Shown here: piece by piece, positions 44,299-54,205 of the stretch
How positions within the stretch are numbered: position 1 is the first letter of the stretch
Layout of the letters: every line of letters starts with the position of its first letter
Assembly: GCA_002297365.1 (NCBI GenBank)
Contig: DBKT01000011.1
Span: 18,650 to 82,649, forward strand
From: Bacillales bacterium UBA743
Lineage (GTDB): Bacteria; Bacillota_I; Bacilli_A; RFN20; CAG-826
Length of the DNA stretch: 64,000 nt
Direction: 5' to 3'
The notes under the pieces: generated by a model
The model's database searches: none
Told to the model about the DNA's origin: nothing
What the model saw: only the letters and a program-made list of their open reading frames with translations
Translations under genes and position numbers: made by a program

Positions 44299-47077
44299 AT
44301 GAACAAGAAAAACAAAACTCTTATAACGGGCATGGCTTCTTTGATGATGTTTATTCCTGCCATGGTTTCCTGCAGCGGGAATAAGAATCACGGCGTTCAT
44401 GAACATGCTTTCTATCCCGTAATGGCGAAAGAGGCAACCTGCGTTTCTACAGGGAATATCGCCTATGATCAATGCATCTATTGCAAACAGATTGAAGTGA
44501 ATGGCGAAAGAAAAACCCTAGAAGAGGTCACTCTTCCTATGGACCCAGACGCTCATAAGCATCTGGAGGATTTCGCTGCCATCGCCCCTACTTGCATAAG
44601 CGGAGGCAATACCGCCTATTCTTATTGCGAGGATTGCGGAAAATACGTCATTGACGGGGAGACGGTAAACGGCAATGAGTCCGCTCTTCTCCCAATCGAG
44701 CCAAATAACCACCACTTAGAGGAATTAGCCTACAAAGCCCCAACATGCGGAACAGATGGCTATAAAGCCCATATGGAATGCACCCTTTGCCATAAAGATT
44801 TCATTGACGGCCAAGAGGTAAGCGAAGATAGCATCTTCATCCCTAAGACAAAGCAACACGTCTACGATGAAAACGGGGCGGATAACGTTTGCAAAAAAGC
44901 CTTCCAATTCGACAATCAGGTCTTTGATGACAATAACGCCTATAGCCTATCCGCTTGCTCAAAAGGAAAGGAGATGAATTCCACCCAAGAGAAAGCCCCT
45001 ATCGCTGAGGCGCTTAAAAACGAAAGAATGACTTTCATCACCCAAACCGATGGAGAAACTGCCACCACCGTTTCCAATGAGAATGGGGATATATCCCTCA
45101 CTCATAAAGTGGACAAAGACAATCCTCAGGCCTTCACCCGAATCGCTCCCGGTGTCAAAAAGAATGATGGGACAATAGAGACTTACGTTGGCAAATTCCT
45201 TTTCTCAATGGATGTCACATTCAAAGAGAATGTCTATGTCGCTCGTGTGGGAGCCATGATCGTCAACAGCTCCTTTTCCGTTATTTCCGCAAACAGCCAA
45301 GCGAAATTGTTGGGGAGAACAGGCGCCAATTCCGAAGGGAAGGCGGACCGTAGCTTCGAAGCGGGCGTGACCTATCGTTTCGTTTATTCCATGGAGACGA
45401 CCGACGAAACCCAACTGATACAATTGTGGGGTTGCTCTAATATGACAACGATTACCTATTCTAATTTCCACCTCATCCCTCTTACGGAAGCGGAAAATAA
45501 AGTAAGCTCCACTTTCCTTTATTTTGGGAAGACGGATATGGCAAATAATGAATTCCATGTCGAACCGAAACCAAATCCTGATCCAGCAAAGAAGAGCGTT
45601 CTTATGCCCAATGAGCAAAACTTCTTTGACGCCGCCAATTGGACAAAAGCGACCTCTAACGACCAAGAGGCCCTCGGAGAAGGCATCTACGAATCCGATG
45701 GAAGCCTATCTTTTGATAAAAACAGCGCGGCTCGAATCAATCTTTTCCATGTTAAGGCAAACGATGGAACGTTGATTCACGTCGGAGATAACGCCTCCAA
45801 GAAAGCCGAGCAACTCGCCGGAATCTATTCCAAAGAATATTCCTATAGTTTGGAAATGCTTGTGAATGGCAGCTTCGACATGGGCATATTAGCCGCAGGC
45901 AAAGCCTTGAATAAATCCATAACCGAACAAGCCGCGCTCTATCTTACCTTCTTAGAGGATGGCTCCATTAGCATGAGTCAAACCTCTGGCGACCCCTCTT
46001 CCGTCTTCACCGATCACTTCAACGTAGCCTCCGGAAGCTATGAGCAAGGTAAGAAATTCACCTTCACGATCAAGTTGCATAGAACGGATGCGAAAACCTT
46101 AAAAGTTCAATTTTTAATCAATGGCGCCGCTTTGAAATGGAATGGAGATGCCATCACCACCAAAACGGGATATTCCTATGGTTTTGATGAGAATGGCGTA
46201 TTCACTTCCAGCAAATATCTTGCCAACATTGGAATGGGCCAGAGATTAAGCGTCCTTCCTACCAGCGAATCCTCTAAGGTGACGATCTCGGATTTGAAGA
46301 TCGAAACGAAAACCGTTGAAACCCCTGCAGAGCCTGAAGCCTCTCTTGACGCATTAGAAGTCAGCAATCCCTACACGATGTATAACGGCTATGACTTGTT
46401 TGCCTCTGGCAATTGGACTGCCGCAAACGAAAACAAAACGGCAAGAGATGACGAAACGATCAAAGATTCCGATGGAAATCTCGTTTTCAAAAAGGATACT
46501 TCCAGTCGGATTGATTTCTTTCATGTGGCAAAAGACGCGAAGGGGAATCTCCGTCACCTTGCGGATAAGAAAGACAATATCGCTTCTTTGGACATCAAAA
46601 ACAAAGACTATCGCTTTGACTTGGATATGAGTTCTTCTGGGGCGTTTGATTTGATGATGCTCGGGAATGCCTCCGCTTTTGGCAAATCAGACAAGAACAA
46701 TTCTTTCTATCTGAGTGCCGATGCCGAGGGCACGCTCTCCTTATCTTTCGCGCTCAATAAGACTTTCATGTCCACGTTTGTAAGCGAAGCGAAATTCGAT
46801 TTCACGAAAAAAGCAACGCATTTCCATCATCATGAATCGAGTGAACGATTCCGACATCGATATTTCAATCTACCTCGATTACAAACAAGTGAAATGGATG
46901 GGCGAATCTTCTAAGCCAAACACTTCTTCCGCTCTTTCCGTTAATGAAGAGGGGAAAGTATCTTTAACCGGTTTATTAGCCACTGTCGGCCTTGGGCAAA
47001 GATTAGGCGTCATGCCAGCAGATTCTTCCACAGTGAAAATCTTAGGCGCAGCCTTCCTGCCTTCTCCGACAAAATAA
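44299..47077 (+). pseudogene. Surface lipoprotein of ~925 aa. It carries three Cys-rich ~45-aa tandem modules followed by ~230-aa repeats. The reading frame is broken by a +1 frameshift at an A6 tract.
   Basis: Lipobox-like AMVSC. ORF 44299-46914 ends in out-of-frame residues (THFHHHESSERF...). The +1 frame 46832-47077 continues the third repeat: GLGQRLGVMPADSS aligns with GMGQRLSVLPTSES. Removing one A from AAAAAA at 46807-46812 restores a single ORF. Confidence 0.6.
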
Positions 47078-47087
47078 GATAACAATC

Positions 47088-47118
47088 GAAAGAAACGGGC
47101 TTCGGCTCGTTTTCTTTT
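47088..47118. terminator. Bidirectional terminator between the convergent lipoprotein and hydrolase genes
   Basis: ACGGGC-TTCG-GCTCGT followed by TTTTCTTTTT. Confidence 0.5.
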
Positions 47119-48092
47119 TATTTTTGATAATTTATATTTTCCTTGTCTAAAAGCGCGTAAGAGAGCATTTTCTCGCCTTCTATATCGATGTTAGAAAGCT
47201 TCACCGCATTGATTTGATGATTGTTATATGTCTTGTAATAGTAGATTCCATCATCAAGGTTGCAACACGAGGAATAAATCGTGATTTCGTATTTATTGGA
47301 GGAAAGCTCACAACAGCCTCTTTGTTGATCTACGGAATCAAGAATATGGAAGAATTGGTTCACGCTGGAGATCTCATCTTTATCGCACACGGAGTTGTAT
47401 TTGGTGAAAGCCGCCCTCACAAAACGAGATGTGGAGGATAGCCCTCCGGGGAGAAAATTCGTTCCCATGCCCCTGCTATATTTCTTTAAATCAATTCTTG
47501 AGGAGAAGGCGTTCTCAGGATCCCTTGATGTAATGCCCATGTACTGGTTTAAGAGAGCAAGATGAATGTTATAAGAAGGGTTATTCGTAAGCACTCCGAT
47601 GGAATTTTCATATACATGGGTCCCATCTTTTTGAAATTCCACCACAATGGATTCCTTTTTATCCGCAATAAGATAATGGAGCTCGGCGCATGGATAAGTC
47701 TCATTATAGGGAGTATCGCATATGTTTAATGTGAGCAGGGATTGTTTTACTTGCTCAACCGTTTCAAAAGAAGAAAGAACATAAAGGATAAACTCATATT
47801 GAGCGACATCGCATCCCTCGTTCGTTGGTTTATTGTATTTCGCGTTACCAACAAAATTAAGCCCTGCTATAGCAAGTCCTTTTTCATTAAAGCCATCATA
47901 GAAAAGAGGATATCCTTCATGGATATGCGCCATGCCCAATAAAGCGTAATGACGTTTTTTACCTTCTGAATATCGGAAAGAAATAGGATAGTTTCTCGGT
48001 AAGATAACAATTTCTTCCCCGTAAGAGAACTCATAGTCAAGGTTTCTCCCGAAATAATGATTCTGGGTGGTGAAAGTTATGGATGTGCACAT
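47118..48092 (-). CDS. Choloylglycine hydrolase family (bile salt hydrolase / penicillin V acylase-like Ntn hydrolase)
   Basis: MCTSITF N-terminus, with the nucleophile Cys2 directly after the start Met. ATG at 48092 with AAAGGAGAAG RBS. The track start at 48158 is an extension. Confidence 0.8.
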   Translation of the reverse strand: MCTSITFTTQNHYFGRNLDYEFSYGEEIVILPRNYPISFRYSEGKKRHYALLGMAHIHEGYPLFYDGFNEKGLAIAGLNFVGNAKYNKPTNEGCDVAQYEFILYVLSSFETVEQVKQSLLTLNICDTPYNETYPCAELHYLIADKKESIVVEFQKDGTHVYENSIGVLTNNPSYNIHLALLNQYMGITSRDPENAFSSRIDLKKYSRGMGTNFLPGGLSSTSRFVRAAFTKYNSVCDKDEISSVNQFFHILDSVDQQRGCCELSSNKYEITIYSSCCNLDDGIYYYKTYNNHQINAVKLSNIDIEGEKMLSYALLDKENINYQK

Positions 48093-48277
48093 AAAATCTT
48101 CTCCTTTATTTAATTTCATTCTAACAAGGAGATTGTGAAATGGAAGAGAAGGATTCAAAACGAATGCACGCCCTAGCTCTTTTTAAAATCACGTTTTGCC
48201 TTAACCGGTTGAAGGAAGATTAATCCCACGTTTTTAATTTTTCCTGTCTTTAAAAAATTGGTTATTCAAAAAGAAAA

Positions 48278-48303
48278 GGAACATCTCGGAAAGGAGATGT
48301 TCC
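48278..48303 (-). terminator. Rho-independent terminator after the cupin gene
   Basis: Perfect 10-bp stem GGAACATCTC/GAGATGTTCC followed on the minus strand by a U-rich tract. Confidence 0.7.
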
Positions 48304-48322
48304 TTTTACAAACGGTTAGATA

Positions 48323-48646
48323 TTAGAAAACGACCGTAAGCAACATCTTGAAATTCGTTTCGCCATATACGGCGTGAGGATGTTTGGCTGGCATGATGAT
48401 AGACTCCCCTTCATGAAGAAGATATTCCTTGCCATCGATAGTCAATTTGCCTATGCCTTCTAAACAAGTCACAAGCGCATCCCCACTGGATTCGTGGGTG
48501 CTGATTTCCTCTCCTTTCCAAAAAGAGAAGATCGTCATGCTTAAGGCGTCGTTTTGCGCAAGGGTTTTGCTAACGATTTGGCCCTCTTGGTATTCGACTT
48601 GCTCTTTTAATGATAGAACGGTCGCTTTTTCAATATTTTTTAGCAT
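48323..48646 (-). CDS. Cupin-domain protein
   Basis: 107 aa. Cupin motifs HESSGDALVTCLEG...HPHAVYG. Confidence 0.6.
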   Translation of the reverse strand: MLKNIEKATVLSLKEQVEYQEGQIVSKTLAQNDALSMTIFSFWKGEEISTHESSGDALVTCLEGIGKLTIDGKEYLLHEGESIIMPAKHPHAVYGETNFKMLLTVVF

Positions 48647-48665
48647 GGCTTTATTCCTTTTGCTT

Positions 48666-50357
48666 TTAAGCTCCTAATATTCCAACAAGGAAAACGTAAC
48701 TGACTTGCCCGGTCACGGAGCTTGTTTGCTGCCCAAGGAAAGGCTGAAGAGTGAGATTCTTTTGGCCGATGGCCTTGCTATAAATAGTGTACGTATTCCC
48801 GTCACTATCGGATTCCACGCTCTTTGTGAAACCAGCCGTTTCAAGCCTCGCATAATAGCTAGTTAAGAGCTCTTCCCCTTCTTCTAGGGTTGATATTCTT
48901 GCTTGAAGGTAAGGAATTCCTCCGCTACCCCCGCAGGATCCTTCGGAATAGACTCCGCCAAAAGTAGGGATGGCATTAAGAAGGGCTTCCCCCCCTAAAA
49001 TTTGAGCAAGATAGCTATAATCGTTTTCATCACGGATGATTTGTTCCCATGTTAAATTAGAAGAGTCTTCCTTGATTTGATAGGTGGGTGCGCTCTTTTT
49101 TCCGAAATTGCTGAAAACCATCTCTTCTTTTGCGCCGAAAATGGTACGGCCATTCCCTTCGTTGGTAGAAGTAAAAGTGATTTTATCGTCCTCGAAGTTG
49201 ATGGTTAAGGTTTGGATGCTGTCGCTTACGAAAGGAGTGTAAATCGTCGTGGAAGCGAACATTCCCAAATATTTGCTGTCGAGAGTGAACACTCCGTCTT
49301 TTTCATCGAAGAAGACGCTGGAGATGTCGTAAGTTGGCCAGAAATCAGTAATCTTGGAATCCATAGGCTTCCCAGAAAGATAAGCCTCTCCATCATACAG
49401 AGCAAGCCTTTGGGCTTTTGAATCCCTCATCACATAGGAAGCTTCTTCCGTGACTTTATTCGCATTATTCAAGAAACGGTAAGTGAATCCGTCCCCCCAA
49501 GAAGAAGAGACGACGCTTTCTGTTTCTTCATATCTTCCATCCTTGGCTTTAATCTCATAGTTTGTTCCATTGGCTTCGAAATTAAGCGCGGCAATCTTCT
49601 TCATTCCATTTTGGAAGGTCTTGTTTTCCTCTTTATTGATGGGTTGAATGTCTTGAACGCTCTCTCCCATACTCACGAAGGTGCCCTCATAAACGCTGGA
49701 AATGCTGATCTCGCTTATGTAGGTGATGGTGTATTGCTCCAATTCGGCCTTAAAAGAGACGCTGCCGTCTTCATTCATGGTCAAAACCATGGAAGAAATG
49801 GAAGATTCGCTGCTTCTTGGATAACCACGAAGCTGGCTTCCCATGTATTTGGCGGCTGCAAGATTGCTCGCTTTTTTAAAGACGTATGTCCCGTCTTTTT
49901 TTTCAAAGTTCTCTGCTTTGAAAACGGTGAAAGCGTTCTTTAGGAAAGAAGCGCTCCAGCTTTTCCCTTCAACGGGGGTTGAGGTAACTGTATTGGCTAA
50001 GCTGAGGGTGTGCTCAACGATTTTCTTATCCTCTTCCGCATAAAGATAATCATCATTCACAACGCTCTTATCGGGATTTCCTGAGAGAGTTTGATCATAA
50101 ATGATGTGACGGTATTTTGAGGAATCTCCGTAGATTTCTTCGTAGCCTTTATAGATGGTTTCGCTGCCAGAAGTGCTTTCAACGGCTTTATAAGTGGAGG
50201 TAGCAAGCAATTCAAGATGATAGCCGCCTTTTAGTTTCTCCAAGGTTTCATCCAGGGTGAGAGGAGATTTTTTCTCAGAGCTTTCCGTTACTTCATTTGA
50301 AGAGCAGCCCGCAAGTAAAACAAATGCGGACAATAATAAGATAGATGATTTTTTCAT
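48666..50357 (-). CDS. Lipoprotein of unknown function
   Basis: Signal peptide with lipobox LLAGC. Contains an A8 tract in the coding strand at 49897-49904. Confidence 0.6.
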   Translation of the reverse strand: MKKSSILLLSAFVLLAGCSSNEVTESSEKKSPLTLDETLEKLKGGYHLELLATSTYKAVESTSGSETIYKGYEEIYGDSSKYRHIIYDQTLSGNPDKSVVNDDYLYAEEDKKIVEHTLSLANTVTSTPVEGKSWSASFLKNAFTVFKAENFEKKDGTYVFKKASNLAAAKYMGSQLRGYPRSSESSISSMVLTMNEDGSVSFKAELEQYTITYISEISISSVYEGTFVSMGESVQDIQPINKEENKTFQNGMKKIAALNFEANGTNYEIKAKDGRYEETESVVSSSWGDGFTYRFLNNANKVTEEASYVMRDSKAQRLALYDGEAYLSGKPMDSKITDFWPTYDISSVFFDEKDGVFTLDSKYLGMFASTTIYTPFVSDSIQTLTINFEDDKITFTSTNEGNGRTIFGAKEEMVFSNFGKKSAPTYQIKEDSSNLTWEQIIRDENDYSYLAQILGGEALLNAIPTFGGVYSEGSCGGSGGIPYLQARISTLEEGEELLTSYYARLETAGFTKSVESDSDGNTYTIYSKAIGQKNLTLQPFLGQQTSSVTGQVSYVFLVGILGA

Positions 50358-50376
50358 GTTTATTTCCTTTTCTTAA

Positions 50377-52434
50377 TTAGTTTAGCATCAAATATGCTAA
50401 GCGACTTGTTTTTCCTAAGTAGATGCCATTCGCCCCCTCAAAAAGAACGACGACAACCTTCACACTGCCCCCTTTGGAATCCTTAAAAGAGATTTGCTTG
50501 TCTTTGACTTCGAAGTCGCCGGTCGTTTTTTTGTTATTCGTATCCTCGACAACAAACGTTCCGGCTGTGGATGAGCCTTCCTTTAAGGCGAATTCAGCCG
50601 TCAAATAGGCAGATTGCGTATTTAAAGAATTCCATTTTGCCTTCGTTAAATAGGAAGCGATGCCTTCATCGGTATAAGCAAAGACGTTTACTTCTCTTAC
50701 TTCGGTTTCCACTCCTCCTGAGCTTTTTGCCTTCAAAGAGATTTTGCCTGGTTTGCTTGTATGAAGAACATAGCTAAAAGGAGAAGACGAATCCTTGGTG
50801 ATTGTGGCGCCAATTTCATTGGTAACGAATTCGATGGTCGTATCATCATCCGCCCCTTCATTGGCGGTTAAAGTAAATGGCGTATCGCCCACGATAACGT
50901 TTTCGGAAAGATAAGTTCCATCTTTCACATTAAGGTTAGCAAAGTGCGGTTTCGCAGAGAACTCTAAGCTGGTGATCTCATGCCTTTCGATTTCCACTTC
51001 AAGCTTGAAGCCGGTTAATAATGTCGTTTTGTAATTAAAGACGTAATTCCCTTCCTTTTTGATCGTAAGGGCATTGCCATCTAAGAGATAGGAATCTTCT
51101 GGGGCGGTTTCCCCGTCTTTTGTGACAGAAACTAAGGTAAGAGGATCGATATTGGTAGACCCAGTCCCGTTTTTCGTGACGATGACATAATATTTTTCGT
51201 TCAATTTGAAATCCGTCACCGGATTGGTCGCATAAGGATTTGCGCCCAAGAAAATAATCAACTCGTTTTTGTCCTTAAAGAAGAATTGATCAAGGTCTAA
51301 AGTCGTGCTTTCTCTTTGACCGATTGTTTCTTCCAGAGTGACGGCCGTATCGAAAGTCAAACGACGCTTGGAACCATCTGTTTCAGAATCGTATGACTTA
51401 ATATGCGCATCCATGGAAGAGAGATATCCTTCGGCATTGAGCTTTATGCTCATGCTATATTCCATATAAACGTTTTTGCCGACGTCATCTTTTACGATTT
51501 CGGAGGTATTCAATGTATAAACGCCATCTTTTTCCTCCAATAACGCGTTTCTCCTTGCTTCGATGGAGGAGAATTTGCTTACCCCGTCGAAATAATTATC
51601 TAAAACATAGCGCAAGGCACCGACTTTGTCAGAGAATTCGCCTTTATTCAGGAAGGCGTTGGTTTCATCTAAATCCGTGATTTCTTTGCTGGATGATTTT
51701 TGCTCATTCACGCTGTATTTATCATCGGAATAATCGCTTACGACATCCACAAGACGATTATGGGCTATGCCATATTGGTGAAGGGTTTTTGTGTCTTTCT
51801 CATCTTTATCGCTTTCGGTGATTTCGATGCTGGTTTTGGAATCGGCGTAAAAAGAAGCGTTCCAAGTCGTTCCTTTGGAGCGGTTAATGACGTTTTCCCA
51901 TTCTTGGGTGTCGCTGTTTTGCCGATAATAATATTCGTCGCTTTGAACGGATAAAGTGAGCTTAGACACTTTGGATGGATCTTTTTCTTCCGCATTCTCT
52001 AGGAGCTTTAGGAAGGTAGGATAAGCGGTAGAATCGATCTTCGCCTCAACGATGATGCTTATAGGTTCGCTTGTCTTTCCGGCAATGCTTGCGCTGATTT
52101 GAGCCTCGCCTTGCGAAATGCCTTTGATTTTTCCGGTATTGTCTACACTTAAAACATCAGCGTCGGAACTTTTCCAAATGAGGGTATCGCTTGGCTTTGC
52201 GTTTTCGACTTGAGCTTGTAATTGAAGTTCATCTCCAACCGTGATTTTATTCGTGGCGGGAGCGAGGATAGAAACCGAGACTTCCAAGAAGGATTCATCG
52301 CTTGGGGAAGAATGAATAATTTCACTATTTTCATATGGTGAGGCGCTAGAAGGAGTCTCCGTTTGAGCGCAAGCGGCCAAGCCTAATAAGGCAAAGACGC
52401 TTAATAAAGTTAGGCGAACTGGTTTTTTCATCAT
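50377..52434 (-). CDS. Lipoprotein with Ig-like (Big_2) domain
   Basis: Lipobox LAAC. Big_2-like block DTLIWKSSDADVLSVDNTGKIKGISQGEAQISAS. RBS AAGGAG. Confidence 0.6.
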   Translation of the reverse strand: MMKKPVRLTLLSVFALLGLAACAQTETPSSASPYENSEIIHSSPSDESFLEVSVSILAPATNKITVGDELQLQAQVENAKPSDTLIWKSSDADVLSVDNTGKIKGISQGEAQISASIAGKTSEPISIIVEAKIDSTAYPTFLKLLENAEEKDPSKVSKLTLSVQSDEYYYRQNSDTQEWENVINRSKGTTWNASFYADSKTSIEITESDKDEKDTKTLHQYGIAHNRLVDVVSDYSDDKYSVNEQKSSSKEITDLDETNAFLNKGEFSDKVGALRYVLDNYFDGVSKFSSIEARRNALLEEKDGVYTLNTSEIVKDDVGKNVYMEYSMSIKLNAEGYLSSMDAHIKSYDSETDGSKRRLTFDTAVTLEETIGQRESTTLDLDQFFFKDKNELIIFLGANPYATNPVTDFKLNEKYYVIVTKNGTGSTNIDPLTLVSVTKDGETAPEDSYLLDGNALTIKKEGNYVFNYKTTLLTGFKLEVEIERHEITSLEFSAKPHFANLNVKDGTYLSENVIVGDTPFTLTANEGADDDTTIEFVTNEIGATITKDSSSPFSYVLHTSKPGKISLKAKSSGGVETEVREVNVFAYTDEGIASYLTKAKWNSLNTQSAYLTAEFALKEGSSTAGTFVVEDTNNKKTTGDFEVKDKQISFKDSKGGSVKVVVVLFEGANGIYLGKTSRLAYLMLN

Positions 52435-52447
52435 TGTTTCTCCTTAA

Positions 52448-54052
52448 TTATTTATTCACACCGTAATGGATGGCTTTTACGCCGGTGCACCAGGTAGCAT
52501 CAAAAAGATACGGCCTTTCTTGGAAGGAAACATTCACGGTGAGATTTGGGCAAGAAGTTATCGCAGATGCGCGGGCTTCTAGGACGCTATCAGGAACGAA
52601 TATCTCCTTTAACGATTCGTCCCTATCAAAAAGGTTGCTTTCTAATTCGACGACGCTATCGGGAATATTGATGGAGGTGAGCTTTTCGCAATTTCCAGCA
52701 AAGCCAGTTCCTAAAACAGTCGGCCTATTGAGAAGCTGGATGCTTGTGAGGGAAGAACAAGAATTAAAGAGATTCCCACCCATATTTTTAACGGTGGCGG
52801 GAATGCTCATGGAAGTAAGGGATGTCATCTGAAAGAAAGCGTCATCCCCTATCGTTTCAACGCTAGCAGGGATGGTGAAGGAAGAGATGCCCTTCGCATC
52901 CCTTAGGCATTGCGAAGCTAAAACAACCGTGTGTTCATCTAATTCCAAAGATGTCGCATTTGCGTCTTTCAATCCCATAAAAACATGATATGGGTTCTCT
53001 TTGTTTCCTAAATAATTGCCGCCGTCTTTCTCGTTATAAACCAAAGCGCCCGGGTTGTCATATTCCGTAAAGGCATAAAACCCCACTTCTTTCACGCTGG
53101 AAGGGATATTGATGGCGGTGAGTTTGATCGCTCCGGAGAAGGCTTCGTTGCCGATTGTCTCCAACGAATTGCCGCTTATGGTGCAGGTTGTCATATTCGC
53201 ACAGCCCGTAAAAGCGTATTCATCGATGCGTTTCACGCTGGAAGGGATTTCAATGGACTCAAACGGGCAAGAGCGGAATGCGGAAGCGCAAATAACCTCC
53301 AATCCTTCGTTTAAGGTGACTTTGGCAAGCGATTCCTCACTTTCAAAAAGAGAGCCTCCGATGATTTTCGTATCCGGATGGAATTCGGCTTCTTCAGGAG
53401 CTGGGTTTTTCGCATTCACTTTGTAAGCGATCAAATGGGGGTTGTTAGAATTCCCTAAATACTCAATGCCTTTATATAGGGAGGTAACGAGTTTATCGGA
53501 TTGGAAAAGATTGGAACCCAAATCCTTTAACGTAGAAGGGAATGAGACGTTTTCCAGATTCACGCAATTGGAGAAAACGGAATCGCCAATCGTTTCCACT
53601 CCTTCTGGAATATGAATATCTTTCATGTAGCGAAGCCCAACGAAGGCTCTTCTTCCAATATGTCTTAGGCTTGAAGGCAAAGACACTTCTTCGATATTGG
53701 TACAACCCAGGAAAGCATCCACGCCGATAGAGACGACGTTCTCAGGAACAATGACTTTCGTAATCTTCGTTTTGTCTTTGAATGCCCCATCTAAAATGCG
53801 GGTGACAGGTTTTCCTTCATAGGTTGCGGGTATATTGGCAACGAGAGAACTCCCATTTACCTTTTTAAGGACAGCCTCCTCTCCGCTGATGCCCATCTCA
53901 TATTGAATAGGCGTTCCTTCTTGGCTGGAGGAAGAATTTTTTTCGCTGCTTTCTATGCTAGAAATCTCAGCGCTTGAAGAAGGCGTATCTTGAGCTTGGC
54001 AAGCAGCCAAAAACAAGAACGCAGGAATAAGAACAAGATTGATTTTTCTCAT
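52448..54052 (-). CDS. Lipoprotein with BspA-type leucine-rich repeats
   Basis: Lipobox LAAC. LRR_5-like units IPEGVETIGDSVFSNCVNLENVSFPSTL repeated. ATG at 54052 preferred, with RBS GAGGT. Confidence 0.65.
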   Translation of the reverse strand: MRKINLVLIPAFLFLAACQAQDTPSSSAEISSIESSEKNSSSSQEGTPIQYEMGISGEEAVLKKVNGSSLVANIPATYEGKPVTRILDGAFKDKTKITKVIVPENVVSIGVDAFLGCTNIEEVSLPSSLRHIGRRAFVGLRYMKDIHIPEGVETIGDSVFSNCVNLENVSFPSTLKDLGSNLFQSDKLVTSLYKGIEYLGNSNNPHLIAYKVNAKNPAPEEAEFHPDTKIIGGSLFESEESLAKVTLNEGLEVICASAFRSCPFESIEIPSSVKRIDEYAFTGCANMTTCTISGNSLETIGNEAFSGAIKLTAINIPSSVKEVGFYAFTEYDNPGALVYNEKDGGNYLGNKENPYHVFMGLKDANATSLELDEHTVVLASQCLRDAKGISSFTIPASVETIGDDAFFQMTSLTSMSIPATVKNMGGNLFNSCSSLTSIQLLNRPTVLGTGFAGNCEKLTSINIPDSVVELESNLFDRDESLKEIFVPDSVLEARASAITSCPNLTVNVSFQERPYLFDATWCTGVKAIHYGVNK

Positions 54053-54205
54053 AAGGAACCTCACCACTATAACTATAAAATTATATTGTAGATAACGAGA
54101 ATGGAAAAGGACGAAAGAAGAGCAAGAAAATGCTCCTGGGGTTTCTTTTTAGTGACATAGTTTTTATTACTAGGTATACTAGAGATTGAAAAAAGGGGTT
54201 TTGTT

